A program made the position numbers and the translations under genes. A stretch of 64,000 bases of DNA from an uncultured virus (IMG/VR IMGVR_UViG_3300042691_003004). Its lineage: Duplodnaviria > Heunggongvirae > Uroviricota > Caudoviricetes. The notes under the pieces are model-generated. The model worked only from the letters and a program-made list of their open reading frames with translations, ran no database searches and was not told the DNA's origin. The first letter of the stretch is position 1. Every line of letters begins with the position of its first letter. Location of the stretch: IMG/VR virus record IMGVR_UViG_3300042691_003004, one strand, 5' to 3'. This document shows, piece after piece, positions 27,130 through 36,070 of this stretch.

Positions 27130-27419
27130 TGGCTGACACCCCAGAGGTCAAGGTGAAGAAGTGCGTGGTGGCGCAACTCAAGTTGCTACAAGCGTACTAC
27201 TTCTACCCGGTTACGGGTGGGTATGGCGGCAGTGGAGTGCCCGACATCGTTGGGTGCTTCAAGGGTAAGTTCTTTGCGATTGAATGCAAGGCGGGCAAGA
27301 ACAAGCCAACACCGCTTCAACAAAAGAACATCGACGCGATCATCGCCCAAGGTGGGGCTGCGATTGTTGTGAACGAAGAAAACATGAAAGGAGTAACAGC
27401 ATGGCTACTATTGCTATGA
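27126..27419 (+). CDS. VRR-NUC / Holliday junction resolvase-like nuclease
   Basis: GVPDIVGC...FFAIECKA...PTPLQ. Confidence 0.85.
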   Translation: MMADTPEVKVKKCVVAQLKLLQAYYFYPVTGGYGGSGVPDIVGCFKGKFFAIECKAGKNKPTPLQQKNIDAIIAQGGAAIVVNEENMKGVTAWLLLL

Positions 27420-27574
27420 ACAGGTACAAGCGGACGACTGACGTACAGCGTACGTGGCGTGAGCACGGATGGACACCCCCAAGCGAGGACCCAGAGGTCA
27501 AAGCTAAGTGGGAGTTTTACCGCAGTCTCAACACGGAGCAAACGCGGGGCGATCTGCATGAGAAAGCGCAGTAA
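27416..27574 (+). CDS. Small hypothetical protein (MNRYKRTTDVQRTW...)
   Basis: ATGA overlap with VRR-NUC stop. Confidence 0.55.
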   Translation: MNRYKRTTDVQRTWREHGWTPPSEDPEVKAKWEFYRSLNTEQTRGDLHEKAQ

Positions 27575-28031
27575 GTATCGACCCAAGCCGGTGCTTGTTA
27601 ATCCACTGGGATACGTCCTTGAAAGTTTGACGCCGCTGTCGAAGCACGACTCGTTTCTCATCGACCTGAAGATAAAGATTCACTATGCGATGACCAACAT
27701 CACTCGGGGTGTTGCTACACGTAAGGACATCGAACAGATGATCGGTGTGGTCAACATTTCTGAGGCGTTGTATCGCATGGGGGTTGGGCGTGAGTATCAA
27801 GATGTGGTGAAGGCTGGGGCAGATGCACTGCAATCCGCAGTACAGCGTGGTGTGGAGAAGGGGCGGTTCGTCTTGCGTGCACAAGAGATGAACGCCCTGA
27901 ACACCATGATGGAACTGTGGGACGAGCAGATGGATGCGATCACAGTCAGGCAGCTAGAGCAAGCAGTGAAGATGGTCGAAGAAGAACACCGCCTCGGTAA
28001 GGTCAAGCACATTTTGGAGAAGAAAACATGA
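27558..28031 (+). CDS. Hypothetical protein (MRKRSKYRPK...)
   Basis: Long ORF tiling the operon. Confidence 0.65.
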   Translation: MRKRSKYRPKPVLVNPLGYVLESLTPLSKHDSFLIDLKIKIHYAMTNITRGVATRKDIEQMIGVVNISEALYRMGVGREYQDVVKAGADALQSAVQRGVEKGRFVLRAQEMNALNTMMELWDEQMDAITVRQLEQAVKMVEEEHRLGKVKHILEKKT

Positions 28032-28453
28032 TTGAAAGATGTTCGATGAAAGGAGGCAGCGCGACGGTGCTGTTCAAGATGATCGGTAAGACGATCACAG
28101 GCATTGCGTTGCAAGACGATGAGTTGTTCATGTCGTTCGGATCACACGGCACACTCAAGCTCAGCGATGAAGGACAGTCATGTTGCGAGCACCGCTACAT
28201 CACAACCGATGACAAGTTAGAGGAGTACGTGGGTGCAGCCCTGCTCAACATCGAAGTCAAGGATGTGCCGATTCCGATTCTGGAGCGCAAGTCCTACGAC
28301 GATGATGACTACAGCATCGACGAGCATGACATTCAGTTTGTTGAAATCAGCACGACCAAGGGCCCACTCGTGCTTGTCACGCACAACGAGCACAACGGGT
28401 ACTACGGGGGGTTCGACGTGCAGCTACGACTTATCGCGGAGGGTAAGTCATGA
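28028..28453 (+). CDS. Hypothetical phage protein
   Basis: QSCCE and NGYYGG motifs. Confidence 0.65.
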   Translation: MIERCSMKGGSATVLFKMIGKTITGIALQDDELFMSFGSHGTLKLSDEGQSCCEHRYITTDDKLEEYVGAALLNIEVKDVPIPILERKSYDDDDYSIDEHDIQFVEISTTKGPLVLVTHNEHNGYYGGFDVQLRLIAEGKS

Positions 28454-28692
28454 ACGACCACGAACGTGAGTTGGACCTGTTGGTCGCCGAGTTAGAAAGT
28501 GAAGTACGCAAGATGAAAGCAGAAAATGACGCGCTCAAAGAAGCAATCAAAGATGCAACCGCTCAACGAGATCGAATCAAAAGATCAATGGAACGCATCT
28601 ATGCCATATCCCTCGTGGCCTTTCGGGACGGTCGACCCGAAGGAGTTAGCGAAGTGGGGACGCAAGCACGCGACAAAGAGCACAACGATTGA
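28450..28692 (+). CDS. Coiled-coil hypothetical protein
   Basis: ATGA overlap; GGAGG RBS. Confidence 0.55.
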   Translation: MNDHERELDLLVAELESEVRKMKAENDALKEAIKDATAQRDRIKRSMERIYAISLVAFRDGRPEGVSEVGTQARDKEHND

Positions 28693-28713
28693 TGACGTAG
28701 AGGAGGCACCCTT

Positions 28714-29031
28714 TTGATTGCCGACCGAGGATGCGCTGAACGGGGGTGCGCATGTTACGACCCCCGAATCGACAAGGATGGAGTTGAGATGACGGAAAAG
28801 ATGAAAGCCGATGAAGTGCAAGTGGGTGGCTCCCACTACAAGGACATGGACCCACAACCGTGGGAGGTCATGCAATCACTGCTGACCCCTGAAGAATTCC
28901 GGGGCTATCTCAAAGGCAACATGATCAAGTACGGCATGCGTCAGGGTAAGAAGGACAGCCCCGATGCCGGTAAGTACTACCACTACAAACAAAAACTAAA
29001 CGAGATCACGGGTGGTGAGACATGGATTTGA
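28714..29031 (+). CDS. DUF3310 family protein
   Basis: QVGGSHYK...GYLKGNMIKY.MRQGKK. Confidence 0.75.
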   Translation: MIADRGCAERGCACYDPRIDKDGVEMTEKMKADEVQVGGSHYKDMDPQPWEVMQSLLTPEEFRGYLKGNMIKYGMRQGKKDSPDAGKYYHYKQKLNEITGGETWI

Positions 29032-30848
29032 TCACCATCGACTTCGAAACGTACTACGACCGCGACTACTCGCTGTCAAAGGTTACGACGGAGGAATACA
29101 TTCGCAGCCCACAGTTTGAAGTGATTGGTGTGGGCGTAAAAGTTAATAATGGAGAAACGGAGTGGGCAAGTGGAACACATGAAGAACTCAAGCAGTGGCT
29201 TCAGAAGTCATTTAAGTGGTCAGACTCTTTTGTCTTGGCGCACAACACCCTTTTTGACGGGGCTATCCTGTCTTGGCGTTTCGGTGTTAATCCTCGGGGT
29301 TGGCTTGACACTCTGTGTATGGGCCGTGCCCTTCACGGTGTGGAAGTTGGGGGTTCACTTAAAGCTCTGGCTGAGCGGTATAACCTCGGACAGAAAGGCA
29401 CTGAAGTCCTCAACGCCATCGGCAAACGGCGACTGAACTTCAGCGAGGCGGACCTGTCACGATACGGCGACTACTGCATCAACGATGTGGAGTTAACGTA
29501 TAGATTGTTTCAGCGCATGGTCAAGAAGTTTCCGAAGCAGGAACTGCGTGTGATCGACACGACCTTGCGCATGTTCATCGAGCCGATCCTCGAACTGGAC
29601 AAGGACCTGCTGGAGGAACACCTGCGCACGGTGCAGTTGAAAAAGGCCGACCTGCTGACATCGTGCGGCGTGGAGAAGGAAGAACTGATGAGCAACGAGA
29701 AGTTCGCGGACTTGTTGCGCTCGTTCGGTGTCACCCCGCCCATGAAGATTAGCCCAACCACGGGCAAGCAGACGTACGCGTTCGCCAAGAATGACGAGGA
29801 GTTCAAGGCGCTGTTGGAGCACGACGACTACCGCGTGCAGGCTATCGTTGCCGCACGGCTTGGTACGAAGTCAACGCTTGAGGAAACCCGCACCCACCGG
29901 TTCATTGAGATCGCATCGCGCGGCAACCTGCCGGTGCCGATTCGCTACTACGCCGCGCACACTGGTCGGTTCGGGGGTGATGACAAGATCAACCTTCAGA
30001 ACCTGCCGAGCCGGGGGGCCAACGCCAACATGCTCAAGAAGGCAATCGTCGCACCCAAAGGGTACGTGATGATTGATGCTGACTCGGCGCAGATCGAGGC
30101 GCGGGTGCTGGCATGGCTTGCGCAACAGGACGACCTAGTGGAGGCGTTTGCCAAGCAGGAAGATGTGTACAAGAAGATGGCTAGCGCCATCTACGCGGTC
30201 AAAGAAGAAGATGTCACCAAGGAGCAGCGGTTCGTGGGTAAGACCACAATCCTTGGCGCAGGCTACGGCATGGGTGCGGTGAAGTTCCAAGCACAGCTCA
30301 AGACGTTCGGTGTAGAGGTAGACATTGACGAGGCACGACGCATCATCGATATCTATCGGCGCACTAACGACGCGATCACCCGCTTGTGGCGTGAAGCTCA
30401 GAACGCGCTGGTGAACTTGTCACGAGGCGATAACGCACCGCTGGGCCGTCCTGGCGTGCTTGAGTTGGCCCCCGAGGAACGTGCCATCAAGCTACCGTCT
30501 GGGTTACTGATGCGCTACGACGACCTGAAGTTTGACCAGACCGACAAGGGTGTGGAGTTTCACTATCAGACCCGTAAGGGGCGCACCCGCATCTACGGTG
30601 GCAAGGTGATCGAAAACGTGTGCCAAGCGATTGCCCGCTGTATTATCGCTGAACAGATGCTCAAGATCAGCAAGCGGTACAAGGTGGTGCTGACTGTGCA
30701 TGATGCCATCGCTGTGTGCGTGCGTGAGTGCGACGCCGAGGAGGCGCAGCAATACGTTGAGCAGTGCATGCGGTGGGTGCCTGAGTGGGCAACTGGACTG
30801 CCCGTTAACTGTGAATCTGGAATGGGGAAAAGTTATGGAGACTGCTGA
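29022..30848 (+). CDS. polA: DNA polymerase family A with 3'-5' exonuclease
   Basis: Exo I IDFET, motif A DSAQIEAR, motif B KTTILGAGYG, motif C TVHD. Confidence 0.92.
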   Translation: MDLITIDFETYYDRDYSLSKVTTEEYIRSPQFEVIGVGVKVNNGETEWASGTHEELKQWLQKSFKWSDSFVLAHNTLFDGAILSWRFGVNPRGWLDTLCMGRALHGVEVGGSLKALAERYNLGQKGTEVLNAIGKRRLNFSEADLSRYGDYCINDVELTYRLFQRMVKKFPKQELRVIDTTLRMFIEPILELDKDLLEEHLRTVQLKKADLLTSCGVEKEELMSNEKFADLLRSFGVTPPMKISPTTGKQTYAFAKNDEEFKALLEHDDYRVQAIVAARLGTKSTLEETRTHRFIEIASRGNLPVPIRYYAAHTGRFGGDDKINLQNLPSRGANANMLKKAIVAPKGYVMIDADSAQIEARVLAWLAQQDDLVEAFAKQEDVYKKMASAIYAVKEEDVTKEQRFVGKTTILGAGYGMGAVKFQAQLKTFGVEVDIDEARRIIDIYRRTNDAITRLWREAQNALVNLSRGDNAPLGRPGVLELAPEERAIKLPSGLLMRYDDLKFDQTDKGVEFHYQTRKGRTRIYGGKVIENVCQAIARCIIAEQMLKISKRYKVVLTVHDAIAVCVRECDAEEAQQYVEQCMRWVPEWATGLPVNCESGMGKSYGDC

Positions 30849-31023
30849 TCTGATCGACTACGCATACCCGACGATGATGGCTGAGAAGTATCTCAAGCAG
30901 ATACATAAAGCCATGCTCGTGCACGACCACGCCGAAGCACGTGAAGCGGCGCTCAAAGCCATGGCAGAGATCAAGCTGGCGCTGAACGCTATCGCGTACA
31001 TGAAAGAGGTATCTCGGCTATGA
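30835..31023 (+). CDS. Small hypothetical protein
   Basis: METADLIDYAYP...; tiling. Confidence 0.55.
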   Translation: METADLIDYAYPTMMAEKYLKQIHKAMLVHDHAEAREAALKAMAEIKLALNAIAYMKEVSRL

Positions 31024-31316
31024 CATTCGACGAATGGTGGGCGACGTTGACGCCGCACGAGCAGAAGGTGATTGGACGCACCAACGCTAAATACGTTTGG
31101 CTGTGTGCGGTTGAGTCGTCCTCAAAGGTGGCGCAGTGGATGATCGAGCGCAGCTATGCGACAGGGCACGGGGATACGGTTGAGGACCTGCTGAAAGAGC
31201 TTGAGTGGCAGGTGAGAGAGGAAGAACGAGAACTCTGTGCTCAAGTGTGTGAAGGATGGCTGCACGCTGATGGAGATCGGTGCGCCGAAGCCATCCGCGC
31301 AAGGGGAGAGAAATGA
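31020..31316 (+). CDS. Hypothetical protein
   Basis: YATGHGDTVEDLL...ERELCA...AIRARG. Confidence 0.6.
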   Translation: MTFDEWWATLTPHEQKVIGRTNAKYVWLCAVESSSKVAQWMIERSYATGHGDTVEDLLKELEWQVREEERELCAQVCEGWLHADGDRCAEAIRARGEK

Positions 31317-31735
31317 CACAACCAGAAGCATTGAGACTGGCTGATTGGCTTGACCATCATGGCGAAAAACTTAGTCACGCGGATGCCGCTGCCGAGCTAC
31401 GCCGGTTGTATCAAGTGAATTTAGACCTGCTGGGTGAACTGTATGTGCTTCGTGCATCGAAACATCTTAAAGATGTGACGGCGGCGTACAAGGCGCAGGA
31501 GCCGGTGGCGTGGATGAACCCATCATGGATCGACCCCGATACGCGAGGTTGGGCAAACGATAGTTTTGAATCAATACCGACTGAAGGATGGATTCCGCTC
31601 TACACCGCCCCACCACAGCGCCAATGGCAAGGGCTGACCAAAGAAGAAGCCAAAGAAATCTGTATGGCCAACCGTCCGTATGTCGTTGACATGGTGGCTG
31701 CGCTGGAGGCACGGCTCAAGGAGAAGAACACGTGA
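31313..31735 (+). CDS. Hypothetical protein (EPVAW...PLYTAPP mosaic type)
   Basis: Motifs typical of proteobacterial phage accessory ORFs. Confidence 0.6.
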   Translation: MTQPEALRLADWLDHHGEKLSHADAAAELRRLYQVNLDLLGELYVLRASKHLKDVTAAYKAQEPVAWMNPSWIDPDTRGWANDSFESIPTEGWIPLYTAPPQRQWQGLTKEEAKEICMANRPYVVDMVAALEARLKEKNT

Positions 31736-32403
31736 CAAAGATACCCGCATGGTCCTTCTCGTCCATCAAGACGTTCGATCAGTGCCCGAAGAAGTTCTAC
31801 CACCTAAAAGTTGCCAAAGACTACAAGGAGGATCAGAACGCTGAGCACCTGATGTACGGCAAACGCTTTCACAAAGCCGCTGAGGACTACATCAAGGACG
31901 ACACGCCACTGCCGCCAGAGTTCAATTACGCCAAGGCTGCACTGGACAAACTAAAGGTCATGCCGGGTGAGAAGCTATGCGAGTACGAGATGGGGTTGAC
32001 CGAGAACCTTGCACCGTGCGGATTCAAAGACTCCAACGTTTGGTGGCGTGGCATCGCAGACTTGATCATCTTACGGGATGACCTTGCGTTCGTGCTGGAC
32101 TACAAGACGGGTAAGAGCGCCAAGTACGCTGACAAGGGCCAGCTTGAGTTGATGGCGTTAGCTGTGTTCAAGCACTTCCCACAGGTCAAGCGCGTGAAAG
32201 CCGGGTTGCTGTTCGTGATTGCCAACGCGTTCCCCAAGGCCGAGTACACCATCGAGGACGAGCCGGGACTGTGGCAGAAGTGGTTGGCTGATCACGGCAA
32301 GATGAAAGCTGCCTATGAGACAAACGTATGGAACCCCCGCACGTCGGGGCTGTGTAAGAAGCACTGTGTTGTCTTATCATGCCCTCATAATGGAAGGAGT
32401 TAG
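31732..32403 (+). CDS. PD-(D/E)XK Cas4/RecB-like exonuclease
   Basis: SFSSIKTFDQCP, GIADL, DYKTGK, QL..MA; three C-terminal Cys (possible Fe-S). Confidence 0.85.
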   Translation: MTKIPAWSFSSIKTFDQCPKKFYHLKVAKDYKEDQNAEHLMYGKRFHKAAEDYIKDDTPLPPEFNYAKAALDKLKVMPGEKLCEYEMGLTENLAPCGFKDSNVWWRGIADLIILRDDLAFVLDYKTGKSAKYADKGQLELMALAVFKHFPQVKRVKAGLLFVIANAFPKAEYTIEDEPGLWQKWLADHGKMKAAYETNVWNPRTSGLCKKHCVVLSCPHNGRS

Positions 32404-32405
32404 TT

Positions 32406-32702
32406 ATGCCCTATACCAAATCACCACGCCCGTATAAGCACGAGTACGAGAAGCAGAAAGCTCGGGGTGAACATGCTGATCGTATGGAGCGCCAACGTGC
32501 ACGTCGCGCTATGGACAAAACCGGTGCCGACAAGAACGGTAACGGTAAGGCCGACAAGCGTGAAGGTAAGGACATCGACCACGTGAAGATGTTATCCAAA
32601 GGTGGGTCAAACAAGACCGGCCTGCGGCTGTTAAGCCCCGCGAAGAACCGTGCACGCAATGGTCACAGCGTGCGTGAACCGGGCGGGAAGAAACCCTCTT
32701 GA
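32406..32702 (+). CDS. HNH endonuclease-like protein
   Basis: DIDHVKMLSKGGSN...NRARN. Confidence 0.7.
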   Translation: MPYTKSPRPYKHEYEKQKARGEHADRMERQRARRAMDKTGADKNGNGKADKREGKDIDHVKMLSKGGSNKTGLRLLSPAKNRARNGHSVREPGGKKPS

Positions 32703-32735
32703 CCAACGCCGGGCGACCGGCTACATTAAAAATTC

Positions 32736-32784
32736 GATGGCAGCGAGCGTGAGTGGGACACCCACTTCACGCCGCTCTGTCATC
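32736..32784 (+). promoter_or_regulatory. Long imperfect hairpin in helicase leader
   Basis: GATGGCAG/CTGTCATC + GCGTGA/TCACGC + GTGGG/CCCAC stems. Confidence 0.55.
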
Positions 32785-32796
32785 TGCGGAGAACCG

Positions 32797-34335
32797 ATGG
32801 AAATCATTGACAACAAGGCTTTGCTGCTGAAGGTACGCAACCCGCAGCAGATTACGACCGTCATCCCCAAGAGCAAAGAACTGCCGGGGAACAAAGTTGT
32901 CGTGCACTGGGGCTTGGACGAGGCACAAGTTCTGCGCAACATGCGCATCAAGAACGTACCCTCCCCCATCATGGGCCGATACGACTGGCCCGGGCAACAC
33001 GCCCCTTTCGATCATCAACGCACCACGGCAGCGTTCTTGACCATGAACCGCCGTGCGTTCTGCCTCAACGAGCAGGGCACGGGTAAGACCGGCTCCGTCA
33101 TCTGGGCGGCTGACTATCTGATGAAGGCTGGCAAGGTCAAGCGCGTACTGGTGATCTGCCCGCTGTCCATCATGGACTCGGCGTGGCGTGCTGACTTGTT
33201 CAAGTTTGCCATGCACCGCAACGTCGACATTGCCTACGGTGCCAAAGACAAGCGCCGTGCTGTGATCAATGGCCCGGCTGAGTTTGTCATCATCAACTAC
33301 GACGGGGTTGAGATCGTGGCTGATGACATCGCACGGGGCGGCTTTGACCTGATCGTGGTGGACGAGGCGAATGCCTATAAGAATGCGCAGACCAAACGCT
33401 GGAAGATACTCAATTCCTTACTGAAAGCTGACACGTGGCTCTGGATGCTGACCGGCACCCCTGCCGCCCAGTCACCACTGGATGCCTACGGGTTGGCGAA
33501 GCTGGTCAACCCCAAGGGTGTACCTACGTACTTCACCTCGTTCAAAGACATGGTGATGTACAAGATATCGAACTACCGCTGGATACCCAAAGAAACCGCC
33601 ACCCAGACGGTGTTCAACGCACTGCAACCTGCCATCCGGTTTACCAAGGACGAGTGCCTTGACCTGCCCGAGATGACCTACGTCAAGCGCACGGTCGAGT
33701 TGACCAAGCAACAGCAGAAGTACTACGACCTGCTCAAGAAGCGCATGGTTATTCAAGCCGCAGGTGAGGAGATCACCTCAGTCAACGCTGCCGTGGCTAT
33801 GTCCAAGCTCCTGCAAATCTCTTGCGGTGCGGTGTACTCCGACACGGGCGAAACGCTGGAGTTCGATATCAGCAAACGGTACAACGTACTCAAAGAAGTT
33901 ATCGACGAGTCCAGTCAGAAGGTGCTGATCTTTGTACCGTATAAGCACGTGATCGGCATCCTGTCTCAGAAGCTAACCGAGGATGGGTACACCAACGCAG
34001 TGATCAGCGGGGATGTGCCAGCGGGTAAACGTGCTGACATCTTTCGTGACTTCCAAAACAACCCCGACCCCCGGGTGCTGGTGATCCAGCCCCAGTCTGC
34101 CGCCCATGGTGTGACCCTGACAGCGGCCAACACAGTGGTGTGGTGGGGGCCAACGGCCAGCCTTGAGACGTATGCACAAGCCAACGCCCGGGTACATCGC
34201 TCCGGGCAGCGCCATCCTTCAACAGTGGTGCAGCTTGTAGGGTCTGGTGTAGAAAGACACGTTTACAACTTACTAGATAACAAAATAGACGTACACGCAA
34301 AAATTGTCGATCTTTACAAAGAAATACTTGAATAA
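32797..34335 (+). CDS. SNF2-family (SF2) helicase
   Basis: EQGTGKT, VVDEA, LTGTP, QANARVHRSGQ; GGAGA RBS. Confidence 0.88.
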   Translation: MEIIDNKALLLKVRNPQQITTVIPKSKELPGNKVVVHWGLDEAQVLRNMRIKNVPSPIMGRYDWPGQHAPFDHQRTTAAFLTMNRRAFCLNEQGTGKTGSVIWAADYLMKAGKVKRVLVICPLSIMDSAWRADLFKFAMHRNVDIAYGAKDKRRAVINGPAEFVIINYDGVEIVADDIARGGFDLIVVDEANAYKNAQTKRWKILNSLLKADTWLWMLTGTPAAQSPLDAYGLAKLVNPKGVPTYFTSFKDMVMYKISNYRWIPKETATQTVFNALQPAIRFTKDECLDLPEMTYVKRTVELTKQQQKYYDLLKKRMVIQAAGEEITSVNAAVAMSKLLQISCGAVYSDTGETLEFDISKRYNVLKEVIDESSQKVLIFVPYKHVIGILSQKLTEDGYTNAVISGDVPAGKRADIFRDFQNNPDPRVLVIQPQSAAHGVTLTAANTVVWWGPTASLETYAQANARVHRSGQRHPSTVVQLVGSGVERHVYNLLDNKIDVHAKIVDLYKEILE

Positions 34336-34356
34336 AGGAGGAAACACCACTATACT
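34328..34356 (+). promoter_or_regulatory. Sigma70-type promoter for replication genes
   Basis: TTGAAT-17 bp-TATACT. Confidence 0.65.
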
Positions 34357-34385
34357 ATCTGTTCCACAACAACTGGAGAAACACG

Positions 34386-34793
34386 ATGACCGAAGAAACT
34401 AAAGACACCGTACCAGTCGAAAAGCTGGTCAAGGTGTATCTCAAGATGAACGCCAAGCTGAGCGAACTTAAAGCGGCTTTTGAGGCTGAGGAGAAGGCGC
34501 TCAAAGAGCAGATGACCAAGGTGAAGGGTGCATTACTGACGTACTGCAAGGAGCAAAACGTCGAGTCCGTGCGTACTGCTGAGGGGCTGTTCTACCGTGG
34601 TGTAACGACCCGCTATTGGACGAACGACTGGGAGTCCATGGGCAGGTTTATCGTCGAGAACAACGCCCCAGAACTGATGGAGAAGCGCCTTCACCAAGGC
34701 AACATGAAACAGTTTCTGGAAAACAACCCTGAACTCCTGCCCCCGGGTCTCAACGTGGACAGCGAGTACACCATCACTGTACGGAGAAAGTAA
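34386..34793 (+). CDS. Replication-module hypothetical protein
   Basis: GGAGA RBS; coiled coil then SVRT..G, LPPGLN. Confidence 0.7.
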   Translation: MTEETKDTVPVEKLVKVYLKMNAKLSELKAAFEAEEKALKEQMTKVKGALLTYCKEQNVESVRTAEGLFYRGVTTRYWTNDWESMGRFIVENNAPELMEKRLHQGNMKQFLENNPELLPPGLNVDSEYTITVRRK

Positions 34794-35065
34794 TGAGCGA
34801 ACCGTTTGTGCCGATTGAAGATTTGGCTAAGCACTTCACGGTCTCGGTATCGACAGTCCGTGCTTGGGTGCGTCAGGATTTGATACCCAAGGATACGTAC
34901 ATCAAGGTGGGTAACACCTACCGATTCAGCATATCCAAAGTTGTCGAAGCACTGACCACAGCACCCAAGGCAGAGCCGCCGACGACCGATACCTCGGCCC
35001 TAGAAGCCGAAAAAGCCCCAGTCCAACTCGAACTTGACTTCACCAACCCCGATAAAGACATCTAA
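34793..35065 (+). CDS. Excisionase-like HTH DNA-binding protein
   Basis: IEDLAKHFTVSVSTVRAWVRQDLIP...KVGNTYRF. Confidence 0.75.
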   Translation: MSEPFVPIEDLAKHFTVSVSTVRAWVRQDLIPKDTYIKVGNTYRFSISKVVEALTTAPKAEPPTTDTSALEAEKAPVQLELDFTNPDKDI

Positions 35066-35076
35066 GGAGAAACATC

Positions 35077-35994
35077 ATGTCAAACGAAATGACCCTGTTT
35101 GGTAACCAGTCCAGCTCTGCCCTTGCCCTGCTCAAAGGGCTTGACGACGACCTGACCAGCAAGATCGCTGGCTCCGGCGGCAGCAAACGTATCAGCCTTG
35201 AGAACAACGTGTTCACCGAAATCATCGGTGGCAAGGCTGTGCGTGTGTCTGAAGAACGCTCTATGCAGGTTGTGATCATCAACGCCGCTGCCGTGTCCCG
35301 CACCTACTACGCTGGCACGTACCAGAAGGGTGTGAAGTCCAAGCCGACCTGCTGGTCGAGCGACACCCAGACGCCGGACGCCTCGGTGCCCGAGGATCAA
35401 CGGCAAGCACGGTTCTGCAAAGACTGCCCTCAGAACATCAAAGGTTCTGCCGCCCAAGGCGATGGTCGCGCATGCCGCTACGCTCAGCGTGTGGCTGTGG
35501 CGTTAGCTAGCGACAACGGTGTGGATGACAACGTATATCAACTGAACCTGCCCGCCACCTCGGTGTTCGGTGATGCTGACGGTCAGAAGATGCCATTGCA
35601 AGCCTACGGGCGTTATCTCAAGGCGCACAACACGCACGTCATCAGTGTCGTGACCGAGATGCGCTTTGACCCCACAGCACAGATGAAGCTGGTGTTTAAG
35701 CCGATTCGTCCGCTGAGCGAGAACGAACTGCGTACTGTGTTGGCATTGCGTGATCATCCAGACACCATCAAGGCCATCACCATGACGGTGAGCCAGATGG
35801 ATCGTGATGAACCCGCTGCACCTGCACCGGCACCTGCACCTGCCGTGAAGAATGCGATCAAAGCCGAGCCGAAGGCTGAGAAAGCTGTTGTCGAGGAGGT
35901 AGCCGAGCCTACCAAGGTTGTGAAGAAATCAGTTGCCGCAGAAGTGACTGAGAAGGCTGACCTGTCTGACATCGTTGGTGAGTGGGACGACTGA
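35077..35994 (+). CDS. Putative ssDNA-binding protein
   Basis: Cys cluster CWS...CKDC...C; acidic tail EWDD; upstream of primase. Confidence 0.5.
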   Translation: MSNEMTLFGNQSSSALALLKGLDDDLTSKIAGSGGSKRISLENNVFTEIIGGKAVRVSEERSMQVVIINAAAVSRTYYAGTYQKGVKSKPTCWSSDTQTPDASVPEDQRQARFCKDCPQNIKGSAAQGDGRACRYAQRVAVALASDNGVDDNVYQLNLPATSVFGDADGQKMPLQAYGRYLKAHNTHVISVVTEMRFDPTAQMKLVFKPIRPLSENELRTVLALRDHPDTIKAITMTVSQMDRDEPAAPAPAPAPAVKNAIKAEPKAEKAVVEEVAEPTKVVKKSVAAEVTEKADLSDIVGEWDD

Positions 35995-36004
35995 TTTTCC
36001 AGTC

Positions 36005-36036
36005 AGGGATGGGGTCGCTCCCCATCCCTTCTTTTT
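36005..36036 (+). terminator. Terminator/attenuator between putative SSB and primase
   Basis: AGGGATGGGG stem pairing with CCCCATCCCT, followed by TCTTTTT. Confidence 0.7.
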
Positions 36037-36070
36037 CAGTTTTCCCTCTCAACACCAATGAACGGCAGCT

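Noticed and set aside
31732..32403. Cas4 as evidence of CRISPR-Cas
   Set aside because: Solo Cas4-like nucleases are common in phage replication modules.
34793..35065. Integration module implied by excisionase-like HTH
   Set aside because: No tyrosine or serine recombinase recognised; such HTH proteins often act as regulators.
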